From Eledone cirrhosa (taxonomy: Eukaryota), in NCBI GenBank assembly GCA_964016885.1, contig OZ024740.1, positions 295,244,001-295,308,000 of the forward strand: 64,000 nucleotides of DNA, read 5' to 3'. Made by a program: the position numbers and the translations under genes. Within the stretch, counting starts at the first letter, position 1, and every line of letters begins with the position of its first letter. The notes under the pieces were generated by a model. It ran no database searches, had not been told where the DNA came from, and saw only the letters and a list, made by a program, of their open reading frames with translations. Below, piece after piece: positions 53,505-64,000 of the stretch.

Positions 53505-56271
53505 ATCCATTTTTTATTTCGGTGATCCATTTTCTATTTGGGGGATCCATTTTTTATTTCGGTGATCCATTTTTTATTTGGGTTATCCATTTTTTATTTG
53601 ATGGATCTCCCAAATAAAAAATGGATCACCCAAATAAAAAATGGATCACCCAAATAAAAAATGGATCACCCAAATAAAAACTTGATCCTCCAAATAAAAA
53701 ATGGATCACCCAAATAAAAAATGGATCCCCCAAATAAAAAATGGATCCCCCAAATAAAAAATGGATCCCCCAAATAAAAAATGGATCACCCAAATAAAAA
53801 CTGGATCCCCCAAATAAAAAATGGATCCCCCAAATAAAAAATTGATCACCCAAATAAAAAATGGATCCCCCAAATAAAAAATTGATCACCCAAATAAAAA
53901 ATGGATCGCCCAAATAAAAAATGGATCCAAAAAATTAAAAATGGATCACCCAAATAAAAAATGGATCACCCAAATAAAAAATGGATACCCCAAATAAAAA
54001 ATAGATCACCCAAATAAAAAATGGACCCCCAAATAAAAAATGGAATACCCAAATAAAAAATGGATCACCCAAATAAAAAATGGTTACCCAAATAAAAAAT
54101 GGATCACGCAAATAAAAAATGGATCCCCCAAATAAAAAATGGATCACCCAAATAAAAAATGGATCCCCCAAATAAAAAATGGATCACCCAAATAAAAAAT
54201 GGATCCCCCAAATAAAAAATGGATCCCCCAAATAAAAAATGGATCCCCCAAATAAAAAATGGATCACCCAAATTAAAAATGGATTACCAAATAAAAAATG
54301 GAACGCCCAAATAAAAAATGGATCGCCCAAATAAAAAATGGATCACCCAAATAAAAAATGGATCACCCAAATAAAAAATGGATCCCCCAAATAAAAAATA
54401 GATCCCCCAAATAGAAAATGGATCCCCCAAATAAAAAATGGATCACCCTAATAAAAAATGGATCACCCAAATAAAAAATGGATCCCCCAAATAAAAAATG
54501 GATCCCCCAAATAAAGAATGGATCACCCTAATAAAAAATGGATCCCCCCAAATAAAAAATGGATCACCCAAATAAAAAATGGATCCCTTTTTTATTTGGG
54601 GGATCCATTTTTTATTTGGGGGAACCATTTTTTATTTGGGTGATCCATTTTTTACTTGGGTGACCCATTTTTTATTTGGGGTATCCATTTTTAATTTGGG
54701 TGATCCATTTTTTATTTGGGTGATCCATTTTTTTATTTGAGGGATCCATTTTTTATTTGAGGGATACATTTTTTATTTGGGGGATCCATTTTTTATTTGG
54801 GAGATCCATTTTTTATTTGGGTGATCCATTTTTTTATTTGAGGGATCCATTTTTTATTTGAGGGATACATTTTTTATTTGGGGGATCCATTTTTTATTTG
54901 ATGGATCTCCCAAATAAAAAATGGATCACCCAAATAAAAAATGGATCACCCAAATTAATGCTGAAATTTTCTGGAAAAAATGACGAAATTTTCTGGAAAA
55001 AATGACGAAATTTTCAGCAAAAATGACGAAATTTTCTGGAAAAATTGACGAAATATTCTGGATAAATTGACGAAATATTCGTGAAAAAATGTCGAAATTT
55101 TTTGGAAACAATGACGAAATTGTCGTAAAAAAATGACGAAATTTTCGGGAAATATTGACGAAATTTTCTGTGAAAAATGCCGAAATTTTCGGGAAAAAAC
55201 GTCGAAATTTTCGGCAAAAATTGTTGAAATTTTCGGCTGAAACTGACAAAATTTTCGGGAAAAAATGACGAAATTTTTAGCAAAAATGACGAAATTTTCT
55301 GGAAAAATTGACGAAATATCCTGGATAAATTGACGAAATATTCGGTAAAAAATGTCGAAATTTTTTGGAAAAAATGACGAAATTATCGGCAAAAAATGAT
55401 GAAATTTTCGGAAAAAATTGACGAAATTTTCTTTGAAAAATGCCGAAATTTTCGGGAAAAAACGTCGAAATTTTCGCTGAAACTGACGAAATTTTCGGGA
55501 AAAAATGATGAAATTTTGGGCAAAAATTGACTAAATTTTCCGGAAAAAATCACGAAATTTTCGGCAAAAAATGACGAAATTTTCGTGAAAAAATGCCGAA
55601 ATTTTCCGCAAAAATTGACTAAATTTTCGGGGAAAATTGACGAAATTGTCGGTAAAAAATCAGGAATTTTTAGGCAAAAATTGACGAAATTTTCGGGAAA
55701 AATTGACGAAATTTTCGGGGGAAAATGCCGAAACTTTAGGGAAAAAAATGATAAAATTTTCGGCAAAAATTGACTACATTTTCGGGAAAAAATGACGAAA
55801 GTTTCGGCAAAAAGTGACGAAATTTTCTTGGAAAAATGCCGAAATTTATCTGGAAAAAACGTCGAAATTTTCGGCAAAAATTGTTGAAATTTTCGGCTGA
55901 AATTGACGAAATTTTCGGGAAAAAATGATGAAATTTTCGGCAAAAATTGACTAAATTTTCCGGAAAAATCACGAAATTTTCGGCAAAAAATGACGAAATT
56001 TTCGTGAAAAAATGCCGAAATTTTCCGCAAAAATTGACTAAATTTTCGGCAAAAATTGACTAAATTTTCGGCAGAATTTGACGAAATTTTCTTCAAAAAA
56101 ATCCGAATTTTCGGCAAAAATTGACGATATTTTCGGGAAAAAACGCCGAAATTTCGAGGAAAAATGAAAAAATTTTCGGCCAAAATGACGAAATTTTCGG
56201 GAAAAAACGACGAAATTTTCGTGAAAAAATGCCCAAATGTTCGGCAAAAATTACGAAATTTTCGGCAAAAA

Positions 56272-56353
56272 TTAGGAGGTAGAATCTTAGGGGGTAGAAC
56301 CTTAGGAGGTAGAACCTTAGGAGGTAGAACCAAGCGGTAGAACCTTAGGGGGA
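56272..56353 (+). repeat. TTAGG cassette copy 22 (AAGCGG variant)
   Basis: Direct sequence match; third unit reads ggtagaacc. Confidence 0.95.
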
Positions 56354-59300
56354 ATCCATTTTTTATTTCGGTGATCCATTTTCTATTTGGGGGATCCATT
56401 TTTTATTTCGGTGATCCATTTTTTATTTGGGTGATCCATTTTTTATTTCATGGATCTCCCAAATAAAAAATGGATCCCCCAAATAAAAGATGGATCCCCC
56501 AAATAAAAAATGGATCACCCTAATAAAAAATGGATCCCCCCAAATAAAAAATGGATCCATTTTTTATTTGGGTGATCCATTTTTTATTTGGGTGATCCAT
56601 TTTTCATTTGGGTGATCCATTTTTTATTTGGTTGATCCATCTTTTATTAGGGGTATCCATTTTTAATTTGGGTGATCCATCTTTTATTAGGGGTATCCAT
56701 TTTTAATTTGGGTGATCCATTTTTTATTTGGGTGATCCATTTTTTATTTGAGGGATCCATTTTTTATTTGGGGGATCCATTTTTAATTTGATGGATCTCC
56801 CAAATAAAAAATGGATCACCCAAATAAAAAATGGATCCCTCAAATAAAAAATGGATCACCCAAATAAAAAATGGATCACCCAAATAAAAAATGGATCCCC
56901 CAAATAAAAAATTGATCACCCAAATAAAAAATGGATCACCCAAATAAAAAATGGATCCCCCAAATAAAAAATGGTTCACCCAAATAAAAAATGGATCACC
57001 CAAATAAAAAATGGATCCCCTAAATAAAAAATGGATCACCAAATCAAAAATGGATCACCCAAATAAAAAATGGATCACCCAAATAAAAAATGGATCCCCA
57101 AATAAAAAATGAATCACCCAAATAAAAAATGGATCCCTTTTTTATTTAGAGGATCCATTTTTTATTTCGGGGATCCATTTTTTATTTGGGTGATCCATTT
57201 TTTATTTTGGTGATCCATTCTTTATTTGGGGCATCCATTTTTTATTTGGGTGATCCATTTTTCATTTGGGTGATCCATTTTTTATTTGGGGGATCCATTT
57301 TTTATTTCGGTGATCCATTTTTTATTTGGGGGATCCATTTTTTATTTCGGTGATCCATTTTTTATTTGGGTGATCCATTTTTTATTTGGGGGATCCATTT
57401 TTTATTTGGTTGATCCATTTTAATTTGGGGGTCCATTTTTTATTTGGGTGATCCATTTTTTATTTGGGTGATCCATTTTTTATTTGGTTGATCCATTTTT
57501 TATTAGGGGTATCCATTTTTAATTTGGGTGATCCATTTATTATTTGGGTGATCCATTTTTTATTTGAGCGATCCATTTTGTATTTGGGGGATCCATTTTT
57601 TATTTGATGGATCTCCCAAATAAAAAATGGATCACCCAAATAAAAAATGGATCCCTCAAATAAAAAATGGATCACCCAAATAAAAAATGGATCCCCCAAA
57701 TAAAAAATTGATCACCCAAATAAAAAATGGATCACCGAAATAAAAAATGGATCCCCCAAATAAAAAATGGTTCACCCAAATAAAAAATGGATCACCCAAA
57801 TAAAAAATGGATCCCCTAAATAAAAAAAGGATCACCCAAATCAAAAATGGATCACCCAAATAAAAAATGGATCCCCCAAATAAAAAATGGATCACCCAAA
57901 TAAAAAATGGATCCCCAAATAAAAATGGATCACCCAAATAAAAAATGGATCACCCAAATAAAAGATGAATCACCCAAATAAAAAATGGATCACCCAAATA
58001 AAAAATGGATCCCCCAAATAAAAAAGTGATCACCCAAATAAAAAATGGATCCCTTTTTTATTTAGCGGATCCATTTTTTATTTCGGGGATCCATTTTTTA
58101 TTTGGGTGATCCATTTTTTATTTGGGGGATCCATTTTTTATTTGGGTGATCCATTTTTTATTTGGGGGATCCATTTTTTATTTGGGTGATCCATTTTTTA
58201 TTTGGGTGATCCATTTTTTATTTGGGGGATTTATTTTTTATTTGGGTGATCCATTTTTTATTTGGTGGATCCATTTTTTATTTGGGGGATCCATTTTTTA
58301 TTTGGGTGATCCATTTTTTATTTGGGTGATCCATTTTTTATTTGGGGGATCTATTTTTTATTTGGGTGATCAATTTTTTATTTGGGTGATCCATTTTTTA
58401 TTTGGTGATCCATTTTTTATTTGGGGGAACCATTTTTTATTTGGGTGATCCATTTTTTATTTGGGTGATCCATTTTTTATTTGGGGTATCCATTTTTAAT
58501 TTGGGTGATCAATTTTTTTATTTGGGTGATCCATTTTTTATTTGAGGGATACATTTTTTATTTGGGGGATTCATTTTTTATTTGATGGATCTCCCAAATA
58601 AAAAATGGATCACCGAAATAAAAAATGGATCACCCAAACTAATACTGAAATTTTCTGGAAAAAATGACGATATTTTCTGGAAAAAATGACGAAATTTTCA
58701 GCAAAAATGACGAAATTTTCTGGAAAAATTGACGAAAAATTCTGGATAAATTGACGAAATATTCGTGAAAAAATGTCGAAATTTTTTGGAAACAATGACG
58801 AAATTGTCGTCAAAAAATGACGAAATTTTCGGGAAATATTGACGAAATTTCCTGTGAAAAATGCCGAAATTTTCGGGAAAAAACGTCGAAATTTTCGGCA
58901 AAAATTGTTGAAATTTTCGGCTGAAACTGACGAAATTTTCGGGAAAAAATGACGAAATTTCCGGCAAAAATTTACGAAATTTTCATGAAAAAATGCTGAA
59001 ATTTTCTGTAAAAATTGACGGAAGTTTCGGGAAAAAATGCTGAAATTTTCTGGAAAAAATGACGAAATTTTTAGCAAAAATGACGAAATTTTCTGGAAAA
59101 ATTGACGAAATATCCTGCATAAATTGACGAAATATTCGGTAAAAAATGTCGAAATTTTTTTGAAAAAATGACGAAATTATCGGCAAAAAATGATGAAATT
59201 TTCGGGAAAAAACGTCGAAATTTTCGGCTGAAACTGACGAAATTTTCGGGAAAAAATGATGAAATTTTTGGCAAAAATTGACTAAATTTTCCGGAAAAAA

Positions 59301-59696
59301 TGACGAAATATTCGGCAAAAAATGACGAAATTTTCGTGAAAAAATGCCGAAATTTTTCCGCAAAAATTGACTAAATTTTCTGTAAAAAATGCCGAAATTT
59401 TAGGGGAAAAAATGATGAAATTTTCGGCAAAAATTGACGACATTTTCGGGAAAAAATGACGAAAGTTTCGGGAAAAAATGCCTAAATTTTCGGGAAAAAA
59501 GGACGAAATTTTCGGTAAAAAGTGACGAAATTTTCGGCAAAAATTGACGAAATTTTCGGGAAAAAATGCCGAAATTTTAGGGGAAAAATGAAAAGAATTT
59601 CGGCCAAAATGACGAAATTTTCGGAAAAAAACGACGAAATTTTCGTGAAAAAATGCCCAAATGTTCGGCAAAAAATGACGAAATTTTCGGCAAAAA

Positions 59697-59778
59697 TTAG
59701 GAGGTAGAATCTTAGGGGGTAGAACCTTAGGAGGTAAAACCTTAGGAGGTAGAACCAAGGGGTAGAACCTTAGGGGGA
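59697..59778 (+). repeat. TTAGG cassette copy 23
   Basis: Direct sequence match. Confidence 0.95.
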
Positions 59779-59884
59779 ATCCATTTTTTATTTCCGTGAT
59801 CCATTTTCTATTTGGGGGATCCATTTTTTATTTCGGTGATCCATTTTTTATTTGATGGATCTCCCAAATAAAAAATGGATCACC

Positions 59885-61023
59885 CAAATAAAAAATGGAT
59901 CCCCCAAATAAAAAATGGATCCCTCAAATAAAAAATGGATCACCCAAATAAAAAATGGATCACCCAAATTAAAAATGGATACCCCTAATAAAAGATGGAT
60001 CACCCAAATTAAAAATGGATACCCCTAATAAAAGATGGATCAACCAAATAAAAAATGGATCACCCAAATGAAAAATGGATCACCCAAATAAAAAATGGAT
60101 CACCCAAATAAAAAATGGATCCATTTTTTATTTGGGGGGATCAATTTTTTATTAGGGTGATCCATTTTTTATTTGGGGGATCCATCTTTTATTTGGGGGA
60201 TCCATTTTTTATTTGGGAGATCCATGAAATAAAAAATGGATCACCCAAATAAAAAATGGATCACCGAAATAAAAAATGGATCCCCCAAATAGAAAATGGA
60301 TCACCGAAATAAAAAATGGATTCCCCCTAAGGTTCTACCGCTTGGTTCTACCTCCTAAGGTTTTACCTCCTAAGGTTCTACCCCCTAAGATTCTACCTCC
60401 TAATTTTTGCCTAAAATTTCGTAATTTTTTGCCGAACATTTGGGCATTTTTTCACGAAAATTTCGTCGTTTTTTCCCGAAAATTTCGTCATTTTGGCCGA
60501 AATTTTTTTCATTTTTCCTCGAAAATTTCGGCGTTTTTTCCCGAAAATATCGTCAATTTTTGCCGAAAATTTCGGATTTTTTTGAAGAAAATTTCGTCAA
60601 ATTCTGCCGAAAATTTAGTCAATTTTTGCCGAAAATTTAGTCAATTTTTGCGGAAAATTTCGGCATTTTTTCACGAAAATTTCGTCATTTTTTGCCGAAA
60701 ATTTCGTGATTTCTTCCGGAAAATTTCGTCATTTTTTCCAGAAAATTTCGTCATTTTTTCCAGAAAATTTCAGCATTAATTTGGGTGATCCATTTTTTAT
60801 TTGGGTGATCCATTTTTTATTTGGGTGATCCATTTTTCATTTGGGTGATCCATTTTTTATTTGGTTGATCCATCTTTTATTAGGGGTATCCATTTTTAAT
60901 TTGGGTGATCCATCTTTTATTAGGGGTATCCATTTTTAATTTGGGTGATCCATTTTTTATTTGGGTGATCCATTTTTTATTTGAGGGATCCATTTTTTAT
61001 TTGGGGGATCCATTTTTTATTTG
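59885..61023. repeat. Inverted repeat, ~236-bp arms (59885-60120 / 60788-61023) around a ~667-bp loop holding the inverted cassette and inverted A block
   Basis: The arms match monomer by monomer as reverse complements, including rare variants ttttcattt, ggttg, atcttttattaggggt (twice) and gaggg. Confidence 0.9.
60322..60403 (-). repeat. TTAGG cassette copy 24, inverted (AAGCGG variant)
   Basis: tccccctaaggttctaccgcttggttctacctcctaagg...ctcctaa is the reverse complement of the cassette. Confidence 0.95.
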
Positions 61024-63854
61024 ATGGATCTCCCAAATAAAAAATGGATCACCCAAATAAAAAATGGATCCCTCAAATAAAAAATGGATCACCCAAATAA
61101 AAAATGGATCACCCAAATAAAAAATGGATCCCCCAAATAAAAAATTGATCACCCAAATAAAAAATGGATCACCCAAATAAAAAATGGATCCCCCAAATAA
61201 AAAATGGTTCACCCAAATAAAAAATGGATCACCCAAATAAAAAATGGATCCCCTAAATAAAAAATGGATCACCAAATCAAAAATGGATCACCCAAATAAA
61301 AAATGGATCCCCCAAATAAAAAATGGATCACCCAAATAAAAAATGGATCCCCCAAATAAAAACGGATCACCCAAATAAAAAATGGATCACCCAAATAAAA
61401 AATGGATCCCCCAAATAAAAAATGAATCACCCAAATAAAAAATGGATCCCTTTTTTATTTAGAGGATCCATTTTTTATTTCGGGGATCCATTTTTTATTT
61501 GGGTGATCCATTTTTTATTTGGGTGATCCATTCTTTATTTGGGGCATCCATTTTTTATTTGGGTGATCCATTTTTCATTTGGGTGATCCATTTTTTATTT
61601 GGGGGATCCATTTTTTATTTCGGTGATCCATTTTTTATTTGGGGGATCCATTTTTTATTTCGGTGATCCATTTTTTATTTGGGTGATCCATTTTTTATTT
61701 GGGGGATCCATTTTTTATTTGGGTGATCCATTTTTATTTGGGGGTCCATTTTTTATTTGGGTGATCCATTTTTTATTTGGGTGATCCATTTTTTATTTGG
61801 TTGATCCATTTTTTATTAGGGGTATCCATTTTTAATTTGGGTGATCCATTTATTATTTGGGTGATCCATTTTTTATTTGAGCGATCCATTTTGTATTTGG
61901 GGGATCCATTTTTTATTTGATGGATCTCCCAAATAAAAAATGGATCACCCAAATAAAAAATGGATCCCTCAAATAAAAAATGGATCACCCAAATAAAAAA
62001 TGGATCCCCCAAATAAAAAATTGATCACCCAAATAAAAAATGGATCACCGAAATAAAAAATGGATCCCCCAAATAAAAAATGGTTCACCCAAATAAAAAA
62101 TGGATCACCCAAATAAAAAATGGATCCCCTAAATAAAAAAAGGATCACCCAAATCAAAAATGGATCACCCAAATAAAAAATGGATCCCCCAAATAAAAAA
62201 TGGATCACCCAAATAAAAAATGGATCCCCAAATAAAAATGGATCACCCAAATAAAAAATGGATCACCCAAATAAAAGATGAATCACCCAAATAAAAAATG
62301 GATCACCCAAATAAAAAATGGATCCCCCAAATAAAAAAGTGATCACCCAAATAAAAAATGGATCCCTTTTTTATTTAGCGGATCCATTTTTTATTTCGGG
62401 GATCCATTTTTTATTTGGGTGATCCATTTTTTATTTGGGGTATCCATTTTTTATTTGGGTGATCCATTTTTTATTTGGGGGATCCATTTTTTATTTGGGT
62501 GATCCATTTTTTATTTGGGTGATCCATTTTTTATTTGGGGGATCCATTTTTTATTTGGGTGATCCATTTTTTATTTGGTGGATCCATTTTTTATTTGGGG
62601 GATCCATTTTTTATTTGGGTGATCCATTTTTTATTTGGGTGATCCATTTTTTATTTGGGGGATCTATTTTTTATTTGGGTGATCAATTTTTTATTTGGGT
62701 GATCCATTTTTTATTTGGTGATCCATTTTTTATTTGGGGGAACCATTTTTTATTTGGGTGATCCATTTTTTATTTGGGTGATCCATTTTTTATTTGGGGT
62801 ATCCATTTTTAATTTGGGTGATCCATTTTTTATTTGGGTGATCCATTTTTTATTTGAGGGATACATTTTTTATTTGGGGGATCCATTTTTTATTTGATGG
62901 ATCTCCCAAATAAAAAATGGATCACCGAAATAAAAAATGGATCACCCAAACTAATGCTGAAATTTTCTGGAAAAAATGACGATATTTTCTGGAAAAAATG
63001 ACGAAATTTTCAGCAAAAATGACGAAATTTTCTGGAAAAATTGACGAAAAATTCTGGATAAATTGACGAAATATTCGTGAAAAAACGTCGAAATTTTCGG
63101 CAAAAATTGTTGAAATTTTCGGCTGAAACTGACGAAATTTTCGGGAAAAAATGACGAAATTTCCGGCAAAAATTTACGAAATTTTCATGAAAAAATGCTG
63201 AAATTTTCTGTAAAAAATGACGAAATTTTTAGCAAAAATGACGAAATTTTCTGGAAGAATTGACGAAATATCCTGGATAAATTGACGAAATATTCGGTAA
63301 AAAATGTCGAAATTTTTTTGAAAAAATGACGTAATTATCGGCAAAAAATTATGAAATTTTCGGGAAAAAACGTCGAAATTTTCGGCTGAAACTAACGAAA
63401 TTTTCGGGAAAAAATGATGAAATTTTTGGCAAAAATTAACTAAATTTTCCGGAAAAAATGACGAAATATTCGGCAAAAAATGACGAAATTTTCGTGAAAA
63501 AATGCCGAAATTTTTCCGCGAAAATTGACTAAATTTTCTGTAAAAAATGCCGAAATTTTAGGGGAAAAAATGATGAAATTTTCGGCAAAAATTGACGACA
63601 TTTTCGGGAAAAAATGACGAAAGTTTCGGGAAAAAATGCCTAAATTTTCGGGAAAAAAGGACGAAATTTTCGGTAAAAAGTGACGAAATTTTCGGCAAAA
63701 ATTGACGAAATTTTCGGGAAAAAATGCCGAAATTTTAGGGGAAAAATGAAAAAAATTTCGGCCAAAATGACGAAATTTTAGGAAAAAAACGACGAAATTT
63801 TCGTGAAAAAATGCCCAAATGTTCGGCAAAAAATGACGAAATTTTCGGCAAAAA

Positions 63855-63936
63855 TTAGGAGGTAGAATCTTAGGGGGTAGAACCTTAGGAGGTAAAACCT
63901 TAGGAGGTAGAACCAAGGGGTAGAACCTTAGGGGGA
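63855..63936 (+). repeat. TTAGG cassette copy 25
   Basis: Direct sequence match. Confidence 0.95.
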
Positions 63937-64000
63937 ATCCATTTTTTATTTCCGTGATCCATTTTCTATTTGGGGGATCCATTTTTTATTTCGGTGATCC

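Larger units (their letters stand above)
1..63854 (+). repeat. Satellite family A: ~22-bp monomer AAAAA(T/A)TGACGAAATTTTCGG(C/G), 28 interspersed blocks
   Basis: Approximate blocks: 1-1126, 2398-3252, 4664-5918, 6732-8380, 9692-11074, 12387-13986, 14940-15733, 17204-18830, 19864-20657, 22210-22394, 23285-24078, 25092-26719, 27673-28465, 30258-31731, 32745-33250, 34148-35688, 36722-37226, 38125-39664, 40100-40717, 41723-42471, 44080-46342, 47215-47986, 49440-50233, 51247-53422, 54956-56271, 58640-59696, 60404-60778 (inverted), 62952-63854. The 22-aa periodicity of the spurious ORFs (66 bp = 3 x 22) agrees with the monomer length. Confidence 0.95.
1..64000. repeat. Complex composite satellite array: repeating [22-bp array]-[82-bp TTAGG cassette]-[strand-switching 20-bp array] units; runs off both window ends
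   Basis: I found no unique sequence; the window resolves into three repeat modules in a fixed order, with 25 cassettes spaced about 1.0-4.0 kb apart (closer only at the inversion). Confidence 0.98.
1209..64000. repeat. Satellite family C: 20-bp monomer CCAAATAAAAAATGGATC(A/C)C in alternating orientations
   Basis: Approximate blocks: 1209-2397, 3334-4663, 6001-6731, 8463-9691, 11157-12386, 14069-14939, 15816-17203, 18913-19863, 20740-22209, 22395-23284, 24161-25091, 26802-27672, 28548-30257, 31814-32744, 33251-34147, 35771-36721, 37227-38124, 39747-40099, 40800-41722, 42554-44079, 46425-47214, 48069-49439, 50316-51246, 53505-54955, 56354-58639, 59779-60321, 60779-62951, 63937-64000. The 20-bp register is visible as column alignment in the 60-bp lines. 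Confidence 0.96.
56556..64000 (+). repeat. Direct repeat of ~3.2-3.3 kb (~56556-59845 vs ~60788-64000), offset ~4.2-4.3 kb, separated by the inverted unit
   Basis: Matching ORFs 56764/60997, 57460/61773, 57656/61969, 59824/63982; shared private variants (tttagagg, gggcatcc, gagcgatcc, aaaagtgatc, cccaaactaat). Confidence 0.9.

Noticed and set aside
194-63982. Hundreds of F/K/I/S-rich ORFs, up to 434 aa (25412-26716) and 369 aa (17718-18827)
   Set aside because: The minus strand of the 22-bp consensus and the T-rich strand of the 20-bp consensus contain few or no stop codons, so overlapping frames stay open. The translations have 22-aa and 20-aa periodicity, frameshift freely between copies, and show no recognisable domain.
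1-64000. Whole array as an assembly or sequencing artefact
   Set aside because: Units carry heritable diagnostic variants, nested duplications and consistent junctions, which indicate real evolutionary history. Exact copy number and the 39.9-44.2 kb zone may still be unreliable.
1-64000. Assignment to a specific organism or named satellite family
   Set aside because: The composition is reminiscent of AT-rich invertebrate (nematode or arthropod) repeats, but I cannot match it to a known family without a database search.

Overview
The whole 64 kb is one complex, AT-rich satellite array, most likely eukaryotic heterochromatin (subtelomeric or pericentromeric; the organism cannot be determined from the sequence). 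I find no credible gene, RNA gene, transposase or CRISPR array; every ORF in the track is a by-product of repeat periodicity. Three modules alternate in a fixed order. (A) Tandem ~22-bp monomers, consensus about AAAAATTGACGAAATTTTCGG(C/G), in 28 blocks of ~0.2-2.3 kb. (T) A near-invariant 82-bp G-rich cassette of TTAGG-initiated 15-mers, TTAGGAGGTAGAACC-like, in 25 copies (24 on +, 1 inverted). (C) Tandem 20-bp monomers CCAAATAAAAAATGGATC(A/C)C that usually switch strand three times per block, always at the monomer's GATC dyad, so each block is a long imperfect palindrome. A-T-C units are ~1.0-4.0 kb cassette to cassette and form higher-order repeats (2694 bp, 3976 bp, ~4.2 kb, 4792 bp, and a ~4.8-5.6 kb short+long dimer). 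There are a few microhomology-joined deletions and one inverted unit at ~59.9-60.8 kb flanked by a ~236-bp perfect inverted repeat. The main unproven hypotheses are a composite telomere or subtelomere repeat with a conserved TTAGG core, or a satellite derived from a foldback element. Block boundaries were read by eye and may be off by a few bases.
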